Source of the DNA: Kiritimatiellia bacterium
GTDB taxonomy: Bacteria > Verrucomicrobiota > Kiritimatiellia > RFP12 > UBA1067
NCBI GenBank assembly: GCA_017525225.1
Contig: JAFXTB010000068.1
Coordinates: 14,526 to 78,525 of the forward strand
Length of the DNA stretch: 64,000 nt
Direction of reading: 5' to 3'
Shown here piece after piece: positions 24,650 through 33,612 of this stretch (position 1 is its first letter; every line of letters begins with the position of its first letter). The notes under the pieces are model-generated. The model saw nothing but the letters and a program-made list of their open reading frames with translations, searched no databases and had not been told where the DNA came from. Position numbers and translations under genes: made by a program.

Positions 24650-26518
24650 CTACCTGCCTGCCGCCTCTATGATCTTGCGATGGGCGGCGGAAAGGACCTT
24701 TGGATCGAACTTCAACACCTTGCGGTCGTATGTCATCAGACCGTTGATCTCGATCTCCACATCGGTGGTCTGCGTGTAGACGCTACCCGCGAGCCCTTGC
24801 GCGGCAAGTCCGGCGAGCTTCTCCATCAGCCCAAGGTACGCGTTCTCCAGACCCTTGGGCGTCGCGGTGTCGGCAAGGCCGCCGTAGCCCCATGTGCTGG
24901 ACACTTTCCAGAGATGGTTGGATACCACGTGCCCCAGCCCGCCGAACTCACCGAGAAAGCTCGCACGGCGGTCGTTGACGGCAAACATGGCAGGACCGCG
25001 GTAGAGATGCATGTCCACCATGTCCGACGCCTCGCACTCTCCAGCCGGCCTGTGCGCCGTCTCGACGCGGTTGGTCCAGGCCCACCCATTCGGAAGCAGA
25101 TGTCCACCCTCCCAGTCCCATGCGCCGGACGGGCCGTCCACCGGCCGAGTGGGGTCGTAGCGCCGCACGAAGTCGAGCGTGGCGTGCGTGAGATGCTCGC
25201 CGGGCTGGGTCCAGCCCTCGTTGTACGGCACCCAGGCCACGATGGAGGGCACTTTCATGAGGTTGTCGAGCATGGCCTTGAGCTCATGCCTGTAGAAGCC
25301 GTATCTCTTCATCACATCGCTGCCCATCGGGGTCCTGCTGCTATCGTTGCCGGACGGCATGTCCTGGAACACCAGCAGGCCGAGTGTGTCGCAGAGGTGG
25401 TAGTAGCGGCGTGGCTCCACCTTGATGTGCTTGCGCATCATGTTGAAGCCGCATTTCTTCAGCGTCGATATGTCGTGCGCCATCGCCTCGTCGGAAGGCG
25501 GCGTCAGAAGCCCATCCGGCCACCAGCCCTGGTCGAGCGTGCCTATCGCGAAGTACGGCTGCCCGTTAAGGTGGAACCGCAGCACGCCCTTGGAATCCTT
25601 CTTCACGGCGAACGAGCGCATTGCGAAGTAGCCGTCAACGGAATCCCTGCCGTAACGCGCCTTGAAGGTGTAGAGGAACGGCTCCTCGGGCGTCCAGCGC
25701 CTGAAGCCGGCAGGCATCGCCACCTTGCCGCCCACGTCTGGGTTGAACGCCGCGGAGGCGACCTTGCGTCCATCTTCGAACACATCCAGGAACACGTCGC
25801 CGACGCGCGGGCCTACCACCTTGAAACCGAACGACACCGCACTACCCTCGAGGTCCACCGCCACGGAATAGTCTTCTATGCGGGACTCCGGCACCGTCTC
25901 CATCCAGACGCTCTGCCAGATGCCGCTCGCCCGCGTGTAGAAGCAGCCCCTGGGCTTGAGCGACTGCTTGCCTCGACTCTGGATGAAATCGTCGGTAGGA
26001 TCCCACACGCAGACCGTCAGCTCGTTCTCGCCCGCCTTCACATACGGCGTGATGTCTAGCGTGAACGGCTCCTGCGCCCCTGCATGCGGTACATCCGTCA
26101 CCTCGGCATGTCCGATGTACACCTGCGCAAGGAAGTCCACGCCGTCGAAATGCAGGAGGATGCGCTCGCCCTTGCGCGGCGAACACGAGATCCTGCGGGT
26201 GTACCAGAGAAGCTCGTCAGGGGCGATCTGCCGCCCCACGCCGGAAAGGGCGCTCTCCGGCACGAAAGGCACGAGTATCTCGCCATCCCACTTCACAGGA
26301 CGTCCCGGCGTGTTGGTGACGGAAGTCACCGCGTACTGCCACAGTCCGTTGAGACACGTCCATAACGGTCGCACCATCTGCGGACGCGGATAGGCGCGCC
26401 AGGCGTTCTCGGGCGTCATCCTGGCGCCCCAATCCGTCATCAGCGGCGCAGGCGCAGGCTTGTAGGCCAAGGCCGGCGCGGCAACGATCGCGGCAATCGC
26501 AAGCAATGTGTTTCGCAT
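24650..26518 (-). CDS. secreted glycoside hydrolase family 2-like
   Basis: Signal peptide 'MRNTLLAIAAIVAAPALA', an N-terminal sugar-binding-like region 'WRAYPRPQM...LNGLWQY' and a TIM-barrel region 'FNMMRKHIKVEP...VAWVPYNEGW'. Confidence 0.7.
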   Translation of the reverse strand: MRNTLLAIAAIVAAPALAYKPAPAPLMTDWGARMTPENAWRAYPRPQMVRPLWTCLNGLWQYAVTSVTNTPGRPVKWDGEILVPFVPESALSGVGRQIAPDELLWYTRRISCSPRKGERILLHFDGVDFLAQVYIGHAEVTDVPHAGAQEPFTLDITPYVKAGENELTVCVWDPTDDFIQSRGKQSLKPRGCFYTRASGIWQSVWMETVPESRIEDYSVAVDLEGSAVSFGFKVVGPRVGDVFLDVFEDGRKVASAAFNPDVGGKVAMPAGFRRWTPEEPFLYTFKARYGRDSVDGYFAMRSFAVKKDSKGVLRFHLNGQPYFAIGTLDQGWWPDGLLTPPSDEAMAHDISTLKKCGFNMMRKHIKVEPRRYYHLCDTLGLLVFQDMPSGNDSSRTPMGSDVMKRYGFYRHELKAMLDNLMKVPSIVAWVPYNEGWTQPGEHLTHATLDFVRRYDPTRPVDGPSGAWDWEGGHLLPNGWAWTNRVETAHRPAGECEASDMVDMHLYRGPAMFAVNDRRASFLGEFGGLGHVVSNHLWKVSSTWGYGGLADTATPKGLENAYLGLMEKLAGLAAQGLAGSVYTQTTDVEIEINGLMTYDRKVLKFDPKVLSAAHRKIIEAAGR

Positions 26519-26525
26519 GCCGCAG

Positions 26526-26536
26526 ATTATATCAAA
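26526..26536 (-). promoter_or_regulatory. extended -10 TTTGATATAAT, 7 nt from the GH2 ATG (leaderless layout)
   Basis: Reverse complement of attatatcaaa; 7 nt (ctgcggc) lie between it and the ATG at 26518. Confidence 0.5.
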
Positions 26537-26603
26537 CCACGCGCAGACGGTCAAACCGAACGCTGACGCACGGCAGACCGGACCGCGTGCAGCCCTGCCG
26601 GGG

Positions 26604-27938
26604 TCAAGGCGCGTGCTTCGCGGCAAGCGGACGGATCGCTGCCACATCCATGCGCGCGAGGTCGAGCGACTCTATGCCGAGAAGTTCCCGGCGCTCCCAT
26701 GCGCCGCGCGTGAAGTCCGGCACCTTCTGCGGCGTGGAACCTTCGCGGACGCTTTTTTCCGTGAGTTCGCCGAGCGAACACCACGCGGCAAGATCATACA
26801 CGTCCTGGTCAAGCGGCAATCCGTTCTGCAGACAATACGCCCACCTGAGATCCATGATGAGATCCATGCCGTCGTGCCCGCCCACCTCCTGCGCGAGCTT
26901 CCCCGCCTGCCGCCAGAGCGGATGCATGAAATCCTCGCGCACCGAGGCCGCGCGTGCATCGTCGAAATAAGTGTGGACACCCTTCCCCGGCTCGTCCTCC
27001 CAGCCGACGCGAAACGGATAGTCGGTCAAGATGCCGCGTGTGCCGATCAGGGTATTGAGGCGGCTGTACGGCCGCGGCGTGGCGATGCCGTGCTGGATCA
27101 TGATCGACCGTCCGCCGACGGTTCTCACGAGCGTCGTGTTCATGTCGCCCATGGCCACCTTCTCCGATGCGCGCCAGTCGTCAGCCGGATACTTGGCCTT
27201 GGCGTATTCCTCGAAGCCCGACTGGGCAGACTCCAGCGACACCAGATAGTCCAGCCTGTCCCCGCGATTGACACCCATGCACTGGCAGATCGGGCCCAGA
27301 CCGTGCGTGCAGTACTGGTTGCCCTTGTGCGCCGCGTTCCAGTGGAGCCGCCAATAGTCGCGGTAGTGCCACGATGCGTCTTCCTCCGGCGAATTGTAGT
27401 TGTAGCTCCTGAGGTCGTGGAGATAGGCGCCTTCGCCATGGACGATCCGGCCCAGCATCCCCTTCCGGGCGATGTTCAGCGCCAGAAGCTCGATCTCGCC
27501 GTAGCAGCAGTTCTCCAGCTGCATGCAGTGCCTTCCTGTACGCTCGGCCGTCTCCACGAGCCGCCAGCAGTCCTCGACCGTGAACGCCGCCGGCACCTCG
27601 ACGAGCGCATGCTTGCCGTTTTCCATGGCGCAGACCGCGACCGGAACGTGCAGACCCCACGGCGCGCAGTTGTAGACGACATCGATGCCGTCCCATTCGC
27701 ACATCGCCCGGTACGCCTCCGGCCCGACAAACTCGCGTGCCGGCCGAAGGCCGTTCTGCCTGAGCTTGTCTTGCTGACGGGCGACGAGATGCGGACGGAT
27801 CTCGCACATTGCCGCCACTTCGACGCCGGGGATGATCGGCAGGCGGTCCATCGCCATGTCGCCACGGCATCCAAGCCCGACAATGCCGACTCGAATGCGT
27901 TCGATCGGCTTCGCCGCAAAGAAAAGACTTTGTCCCAC
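26604..27938 (-). CDS. Gfo/Idh/MocA NAD-dependent oxidoreductase, GH109-like
   Basis: GTG start. Rossmann 'RVGIVGLGCRG', 'KHALVEVP' and 'MQLENCCYG'. No signal peptide. Confidence 0.7.
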   Translation of the reverse strand: MGQSLFFAAKPIERIRVGIVGLGCRGDMAMDRLPIIPGVEVAAMCEIRPHLVARQQDKLRQNGLRPAREFVGPEAYRAMCEWDGIDVVYNCAPWGLHVPVAVCAMENGKHALVEVPAAFTVEDCWRLVETAERTGRHCMQLENCCYGEIELLALNIARKGMLGRIVHGEGAYLHDLRSYNYNSPEEDASWHYRDYWRLHWNAAHKGNQYCTHGLGPICQCMGVNRGDRLDYLVSLESAQSGFEEYAKAKYPADDWRASEKVAMGDMNTTLVRTVGGRSIMIQHGIATPRPYSRLNTLIGTRGILTDYPFRVGWEDEPGKGVHTYFDDARAASVREDFMHPLWRQAGKLAQEVGGHDGMDLIMDLRWAYCLQNGLPLDQDVYDLAAWCSLGELTEKSVREGSTPQKVPDFTRGAWERRELLGIESLDLARMDVAAIRPLAAKHAP

Positions 27939-28203
27939 GGTTATCTCGCCTCTCCGAAGCCAATGTTCCTCTTCAAGGATTCAGAACCTCTCAACCGCGC
28001 AATCGGCGAGGTGGCGTGTCTTGGCGTCGAAGGGAAGGCTATCGGCCTCATTGCGCGGGTATTATACACCATCCGCCGCCGCTCGCGCAAGGAAGTTCAC
28101 GAAACATCCAAGTCGCCACGGCCTTGGGCGACGTTCTTCGACGCTCAACTGCGACGCAGCCGGCGGGCAAGTCCGCCCATGACCGTTTCACCGTGTTGAC
28201 TGT

Positions 28204-30654
28204 TCAATATTCCACCTTGTTCACACCTGCCTGAAGGGATTGCACGGCGCCCTTCCATGCGAAGCGGCCCGGCAGCCCTGCGGGCAGCGATACGGTACCG
28301 GCGACCCGCCCGCCATCGAAACGCAGATCGAGCGACACCTGACCCCTGGGCGTGGGCATGGCGGCCTTGAACCATTTCAGTCCGCCAGGCTGCGGGGCTA
28401 TGCTAACGGCTGAAAAACCGTCTGCCGCCGGACGTATCCCCGCCACGCCTGTAAGCAGGTGGTATATCGGGTGAGACCCCCATGCATGGCAGTCGCTGCG
28501 AGCGCGCAGGCCCGGCGCCTCAAGCGGCGTCCTCAGGCCGTCCTTCACATAGCCGCGCCAGAGGTCCAGCCGCTTGAGGAAGAGGTCTGTACGGCCGTAC
28601 TTCACATACACGTCGAAAAGATAGTGCGAGAAATACACGGTGGTTCGAGCCAGATCGGCATCCGACAGAAGTCCATCGAGGACGCGTCTCTCGCGCTCAG
28701 GCGGCAGAATGTCCGACAGCAGGGCAAGGCACTGGGCGTGTTCGCTGAAGCAATCCTGCCTGACGGTATCGGCCACCAACCCGCGCCTTTCGCACCAGAA
28801 CTTCCGCAATGTCGCATCGGCGAGAGCCTTCTTCTTCGTGCGCCAGTAGGCGGCCATCAGCGGATCGCCGGCGGCATCCTCGGCGTGGGCGGCGCAGTCA
28901 AGGGCATACACGGCAAGCAGGTTGTTCACCGAGCTGAGGCCATGCACGCCATCGGGCGCGGTACCATGCCAGCTCCAGCCCAATACCCAGTCCTGGAAGC
29001 TCCAGCCTGGCAGATCGACCAGCAGACCCTCGTCGTTGACGTAGTTGAGGATCAGGTGCAGCGTATGCCGCATGCCCGGAAGGCGCGCCTTGAGCCATCC
29101 GTCGCGTCCCTGCCACAGGGCATAGTCGCCAAGCATCATCGCCCAACACAGCGAATACGTGGAGGAGTCCTGCACAGTCCGGCACGGATAGTTCATCGGC
29201 ACGAGGCCGTTGTCGCGTCGCGCATAGTCGAAAAGCCCCGCGCCGAAGCGCGTAAGCCGGGAATCGCCGCTCAAGGCATCGACTATGAGCATTACCACCC
29301 GCGTGTCGCCGGGGTACATCTGCTGTTCGAAGTACGGACAGTCCATGTACGTCTCGTGCATGCAGTTCTCAAGCCCGCGCAGGCAGATGCGCCAGACATC
29401 GGCGATGGATGCGTCGTCGCAGTCAAACGACGCCTTGACGGCGAGCGGGTAGCGCACTTCCGTGAAGGCGAGCCTGGTGAGGGTCAAGGGTTCCTCGGCG
29501 GTCTTCACCTCGAACTCGCACCAGCGGCCGCACCTCCACCACGGCGAGGTGAAATGTGCGGCAGCGCGACCATCCGTACGGAACGTGTCGCGCAGGGCGT
29601 GGGCGCATCTCTTCTGGTCGAAGGCGTCGCGGTCCGCACGCTGGTGGCTGCGGTCATAGAGCGACTCTGCCCATCCCCAGCGCACCTCGGCGCCCTTGCC
29701 GCCCGCCGCCTCCAGCACCGGGTAGGCGCAATAGTAGTCGCCAAGATCCCAGACCAGCCGAGCGGACGTGCCTGCCGGTATCGTCACCGGCTTACCGTTC
29801 AGCAGTGCGTTCATGTCGGCCACCAGCGGAAATGCGGCGTCGGCGGCGACATAGTAGATGTTCGTATCCGCCCGGTAGAGCGGCTGCCCGGCCTTGAACT
29901 TCCCAGGGTGGCGCGTCACGGCCATCTGGTCAGGACGCTCGGTTGGAAACAGCGCCCAGCCAGGACGCGACACGCCGCCTTCGTGGTCCCGTACCTTCGC
30001 GCGTACCACCTTCGTGGTGCACGGCACGCCAGTGACGGCGGCGGGGTCGAGGAAGCCCGTGCCTTCCACCACGCATTCGCCCGAACCCCCGAAGCTCTCG
30101 CTATCGCCATAGCCGCACATGCGCGTGCCGGCGATGCGCACGGCGTCCCATTGGACGCGCCCCGTGGTGAGAAGCCTGTCGTACGCGCCCCCTGCCTTCA
30201 GCAGGAAGCCGCCCCGGCCATAGGTCAACACTCCGGTGGGACGGCGGCCCTCCATGCGGTAGACGATGGCATCCAGGCGATGCCTGCCTGGCGTGAGGGA
30301 CGCTATCTCGTAGGTCTGGTAGTACCAGTGGTGCACGTCGCCCTTGTGCGGACCGCGCGCGATCTCACGACCATCGAGGAAGAGCACGAACCGTTCGTCG
30401 CCGGAGACGTCCAGCACGAGCGGTTCCGCCTGCGCCACGAAGCTTCTGCTGAAGCGCACCGCATCCATCTCGCCCTTCGCAGGCCCCGCTCCTTCGATCC
30501 ATATCCAGTCGGCGTCGTCGGCAGGCTGCAGCTGGCGCAGGTTGACATTGCCCCTCGTGAACCTCTCCTCGCGGAACACCTGCCTCACCTCGAACGCCTG
30601 CACCGCCAGCGCAAAGACCGCAAACCCCGCGGCCAGAATCCTTCCTTTGCTCAT
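28204..30654 (-). CDS. secreted alpha-L-rhamnosidase-like (GH78-like) six-hairpin glycosidase
   Basis: Signal peptide 'ILAAGFAVFALAVQA'; 'YMDCPYFEQQMYPGDTR' sits at the position of the GH78 DCPxRxE motif. C-terminal 'GIRPAADGFSAVSIAPQPGGLKW' is as in GH78 enzymes. Confidence 0.6.
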   Translation of the reverse strand: MSKGRILAAGFAVFALAVQAFEVRQVFREERFTRGNVNLRQLQPADDADWIWIEGAGPAKGEMDAVRFSRSFVAQAEPLVLDVSGDERFVLFLDGREIARGPHKGDVHHWYYQTYEIASLTPGRHRLDAIVYRMEGRRPTGVLTYGRGGFLLKAGGAYDRLLTTGRVQWDAVRIAGTRMCGYGDSESFGGSGECVVEGTGFLDPAAVTGVPCTTKVVRAKVRDHEGGVSRPGWALFPTERPDQMAVTRHPGKFKAGQPLYRADTNIYYVAADAAFPLVADMNALLNGKPVTIPAGTSARLVWDLGDYYCAYPVLEAAGGKGAEVRWGWAESLYDRSHQRADRDAFDQKRCAHALRDTFRTDGRAAAHFTSPWWRCGRWCEFEVKTAEEPLTLTRLAFTEVRYPLAVKASFDCDDASIADVWRICLRGLENCMHETYMDCPYFEQQMYPGDTRVVMLIVDALSGDSRLTRFGAGLFDYARRDNGLVPMNYPCRTVQDSSTYSLCWAMMLGDYALWQGRDGWLKARLPGMRHTLHLILNYVNDEGLLVDLPGWSFQDWVLGWSWHGTAPDGVHGLSSVNNLLAVYALDCAAHAEDAAGDPLMAAYWRTKKKALADATLRKFWCERRGLVADTVRQDCFSEHAQCLALLSDILPPERERRVLDGLLSDADLARTTVYFSHYLFDVYVKYGRTDLFLKRLDLWRGYVKDGLRTPLEAPGLRARSDCHAWGSHPIYHLLTGVAGIRPAADGFSAVSIAPQPGGLKWFKAAMPTPRGQVSLDLRFDGGRVAGTVSLPAGLPGRFAWKGAVQSLQAGVNKVEY

Positions 30655-30678
30655 TTCGTACCCCCGTTACTGAAACCT

Positions 30679-30712
30679 ACGGGGATCGGCGGCGACCGCC
30701 GCCGATCCCCGT
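30679..30712 (-). terminator. 14-bp GC-rich perfect hairpin after rubrerythrin
   Basis: ACGGGGATCGGCGG, a 6-nt loop, then CCGCCGATCCCCGT. It lies 17 nt after the rbr stop and 24 nt before the next ATG (30654). Confidence 0.55.
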
Positions 30713-30729
30713 CCTCAATGGCATGCCGC

Positions 30730-31263
30730 TCAGTAGTTCTGCGGCTCGAGCTGGAAGTACGCCTTTGGATGGGCGCACACCGGACACATCTCGGGCGCAC
30801 TTTCGCCCTCGACTATCGCCCCGCAGTTCCGGCACTGCCAGCGGTTCTGCCCGATGCGCACCCACACCTCGCCCTTCTCGATGTTGGCGGCGAGCCTGCG
30901 ATAGCGTTCCTCGTGGTGCTTCTCGATCTCCGCCACCTTCGCGAAGAGGAAGGCGAGGCGGTCGAACCCTTCGGCCTTCGCCTCCTCGGAGAAGCGCCTG
31001 TACATGTCGGTCCATTCCTCGTGCTCCCCTGCCGCCGCAGCAAGCAGGTTCGCCGGCGTATCGCCGATGCCGCCGAGCTCTTTGAACCACATCTTGGCGT
31101 GCTCCTTCTCGTTGAGCGCCGTCTCCTGGAAGATGGCCGCGATCTGCTCATAGCCGTCCTTCTTCGCACGCGAAGCGAAATAGTCGTACTTGTTGCGCGC
31201 CTGCGATTCTCCGGCGAACGCCGTGAGAAGATTCTGTTCAGTCTTGCTGCCTTTGAGTTCCAT
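30730..31263 (-). CDS. rbr: rubrerythrin
   Basis: '[11 protein letters not shown]', 'EKEHAKMW' and 'EEWTDMY' make the di-iron four-helix motifs. The C-terminal rubredoxin-like segment is 'CRNCG...CPVCAHP'. Confidence 0.9.
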   Translation of the reverse strand: MELKGSKTEQNLLTAFAGESQARNKYDYFASRAKKDGYEQIAAIFQETALNEKEHAKMWFKELGGIGDTPANLLAAAAGEHEEWTDMYRRFSEEAKAEGFDRLAFLFAKVAEIEKHHEERYRRLAANIEKGEVWVRIGQNRWQCRNCGAIVEGESAPEMCPVCAHPKAYFQLEPQNY

Positions 31264-31316
31264 CACTGGATTCCTTTCGTTTTCGGATTTTCGCGGCATT
31301 GCCGCCAGACGCCCAC

Positions 31317-31327
31317 ATTCTATCAAA
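31317..31327 (-). promoter_or_regulatory. extended -10 TTTGATAGAAT for rubrerythrin
   Basis: Reverse complement of attctatcaaa, about 53 nt upstream of the ATG at 31263. Confidence 0.45.
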
Positions 31328-31451
31328 TCCGGAGGGAAGAGGGAAGAGCCGACACACCAAAAATCGTGTTCATAAATGCCATTCGCAGGTTTTTAGGGGG
31401 TAAATGATTTTTGGTGCGTCGGCCCTAGGGAATGGACGCCTCTGCGGCACG

Positions 31452-33599
31452 TCAGCGGGCCTGCCTGAACACATGCCGGACATCGATGGTCGAGACGGCG
31501 TCGCGGGATGGCTTGAACGACAGATGCACCACCTTGCCATCCCGGACCTCGCATTCAACCCATGCGCCGCCGGGCGACGGCAGCCTGAAGGCGTAGTCCT
31601 TCCACCCATCGGGCACGCCTGGCGCGATGTGCAGCACGCCGTCTATCTCCGCCACCAGCATCTGGGCGAGCGCATACGCGCACATCCCGCTTGCCGTGGC
31701 GAACCACGGATGCAGCCGCAGCCCTGGTTCGTTTATCTCCCATGTCTCGCCGAAGAGACCTTGCGCGGACGCCGCCTCCGAGAGCCAGCGGTACGGTTCC
31801 CTACTGTCGCCTAGCATGATCATCGACGCCGCCATCTTGCCGGCATACCATGGGCAGACCTTGGTACCCATCGGGTACATGTTCCCGGCGGCTCGGCCGG
31901 CGGCGATGAAATGGCGCGCCGCGTTCGCCTGCAGCGTGTCGGTGGACCTGAACACCGGGAACGGATACAGCCCGCCAAGCGTACCCACGCTCTCCTCCTC
32001 GCAACCCTCGTAGGCGACATAACGCGTGCCGTCCGGCGAAACCGGCAGCCCCTTCACAAGCCGATCCGCCGCCGCGCGGAAGTCAGCCGACTCCGTGGCG
32101 TTCGTGGATAGAATCCCTGCCGCATCCGCCGCCGCGCGCATCGCGTAGATCGCACCGCACGTGGTAAGAAACGCACGGTCGCGGGAAGGTCCCAGCCTCT
32201 CAAGGTCCGTGCATCGGCCTATGTGCGCAACGCCGCCGCCGTCCTCGAACACCCAGTTGTTGCGGAAGAAGAGCGCGCAGTTCCGTATCACCGGATAGCC
32301 CTTCGCGGCAAGCCATGCGACATCGCGCGAATACAGGTATTGCGTCCAGGCACTCCTCGCGATCGTGCCCATCGCGAAGATGTGATCCTGCCAGAAGCCT
32401 ATTCCTGCGACATCGATGTCGCCATCCTCCAGCGACATCCACATCCACCGCGCACCGTACCGGCCGGGCTTCTGGTAGTAGCCCTGGCGTCTCTCGGCCC
32501 ACGGCATCACGGCATGACGCCAGTCGGGACAGCGCCGCGCAACGTCGAAATGCCCGGACGCCACAAGCCCGTCGTGCATGTACGTGGCATCGAAGCCGAA
32601 GTACTTCCCCTGCCAGTGGTGCGGGAATATTCCCACCGGGAAGCCCCATCTGCCGGCGTTGCATCTGAGGTGGTACTGCGCCACGTCGTACATTCGCTGG
32701 AGCCTGGCGTCCGGCACGCGCACAAACGATTCTCCGAAGTATGCGTTCCAGCGCCGTGAATGCTCGCTGAAAAGCCCGTCCCAGCCGCCACGTGCAAGTT
32801 CCCGGCAGAGCGCATCGGCCCTCGCAACCGGCGGATGCGCACGTCTCCTTTCAGCACAAAGGCTGTTGGAGTCGCCCACGTTCTCGAGTTCAAGCGTATC
32901 GGTGAACACGATGAACCAATCCACGGTCCTCGTCTCCCCGGGCGCTAGCGAGAACGATCTCGAAACGCCGCCTCCGTCCGCCGCGACGACCGATATCGTG
33001 AAGTCCGTGACGCGATGCCCGTACGTGCGGCCGGTGTAGCGACGCATCCCGCCGATTTCCTTCCATTCGCCTGCCAGCCTATCGTGCGGCGGAAGGTTGT
33101 AGTCCATGCCGCAGGTCAGGGAGTGGCGTTTGCCATCCGTGGCTGTGAACGTCCGTCTGACGCCGACAACGTTGCGGTGCAGGGCGCAGAACGTCCTCGT
33201 GGACGTCTCCACCCCCGCATATCTCCCGACGGTCTCGACGATGGCGTTCGTGATGTCGAGCGTCTGCGTCCATTCGCCCGGGCACCCTGCATCCACGCCG
33301 TCGATGGACATCGTGGGGTTGAACCTCCCGAATCCGAAGAGCGGGGCCTCGCGGGCCACTCCGCGGCGCCCCTGCCAGTAGACTTCGGTCCTGAGGTTGA
33401 AGTATACGTTCGTACCCTGTCCACCCCACCAGTCCACGAGCATGTTCAGGTCGCCGTTGGAGATGAGCGGCGGACAGTACCCGTCCGGCAGAACGCCGCC
33501 AGCGCCGCCGACACCGGCGAACGCGATTCCGCAGACGGCAATGGAGGCGGCCGCGGTGATCGCGATGCCTGCATGCCTTGAATGTCTGTTGCCGTACAT
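31452..33599 (-). CDS. secreted (alpha/alpha)6-type glycoside hydrolase-like protein, family not assigned
   Basis: The start is trimmed to MYGNRHS, after the upstream stop at 33613, and a hydrophobic N-terminus 'AGIAITAAASIAVCGIAFA' follows. Trp/Tyr-rich helical repeats ('RMYDVAQYHLRCN', 'FWQDHIF', 'WFATASGMCAYALAQ') suggest a six-hairpin fold. Confidence 0.5.
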   Translation of the reverse strand: MYGNRHSRHAGIAITAAASIAVCGIAFAGVGGAGGVLPDGYCPPLISNGDLNMLVDWWGGQGTNVYFNLRTEVYWQGRRGVAREAPLFGFGRFNPTMSIDGVDAGCPGEWTQTLDITNAIVETVGRYAGVETSTRTFCALHRNVVGVRRTFTATDGKRHSLTCGMDYNLPPHDRLAGEWKEIGGMRRYTGRTYGHRVTDFTISVVAADGGGVSRSFSLAPGETRTVDWFIVFTDTLELENVGDSNSLCAERRRAHPPVARADALCRELARGGWDGLFSEHSRRWNAYFGESFVRVPDARLQRMYDVAQYHLRCNAGRWGFPVGIFPHHWQGKYFGFDATYMHDGLVASGHFDVARRCPDWRHAVMPWAERRQGYYQKPGRYGARWMWMSLEDGDIDVAGIGFWQDHIFAMGTIARSAWTQYLYSRDVAWLAAKGYPVIRNCALFFRNNWVFEDGGGVAHIGRCTDLERLGPSRDRAFLTTCGAIYAMRAAADAAGILSTNATESADFRAAADRLVKGLPVSPDGTRYVAYEGCEEESVGTLGGLYPFPVFRSTDTLQANAARHFIAAGRAAGNMYPMGTKVCPWYAGKMAASMIMLGDSREPYRWLSEAASAQGLFGETWEINEPGLRLHPWFATASGMCAYALAQMLVAEIDGVLHIAPGVPDGWKDYAFRLPSPGGAWVECEVRDGKVVHLSFKPSRDAVSTIDVRHVFRQAR

Positions 33600-33612
33600 T
33601 GCCGTGGAGTCC

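Noticed and set aside
23537-26059. 840-aa plus-strand ORF. Similar very long ORFs occur at 28459..31407 (982 aa), 57286..59526 (746 aa), 45904..48249 (781 aa), 26508..28199 (563 aa), 48117..49694 (525 aa), 8982..10490 (502 aa), 50702..52216 (504 aa) and 14065..15318 (417 aa).
   Set aside because: All lie antisense to minus-strand genes that carry clear family motifs. Their translations are Arg/His/Gly/Ala/Pro-rich with no motifs, which is the expected artefact of stop-poor antisense frames in GC-rich DNA.
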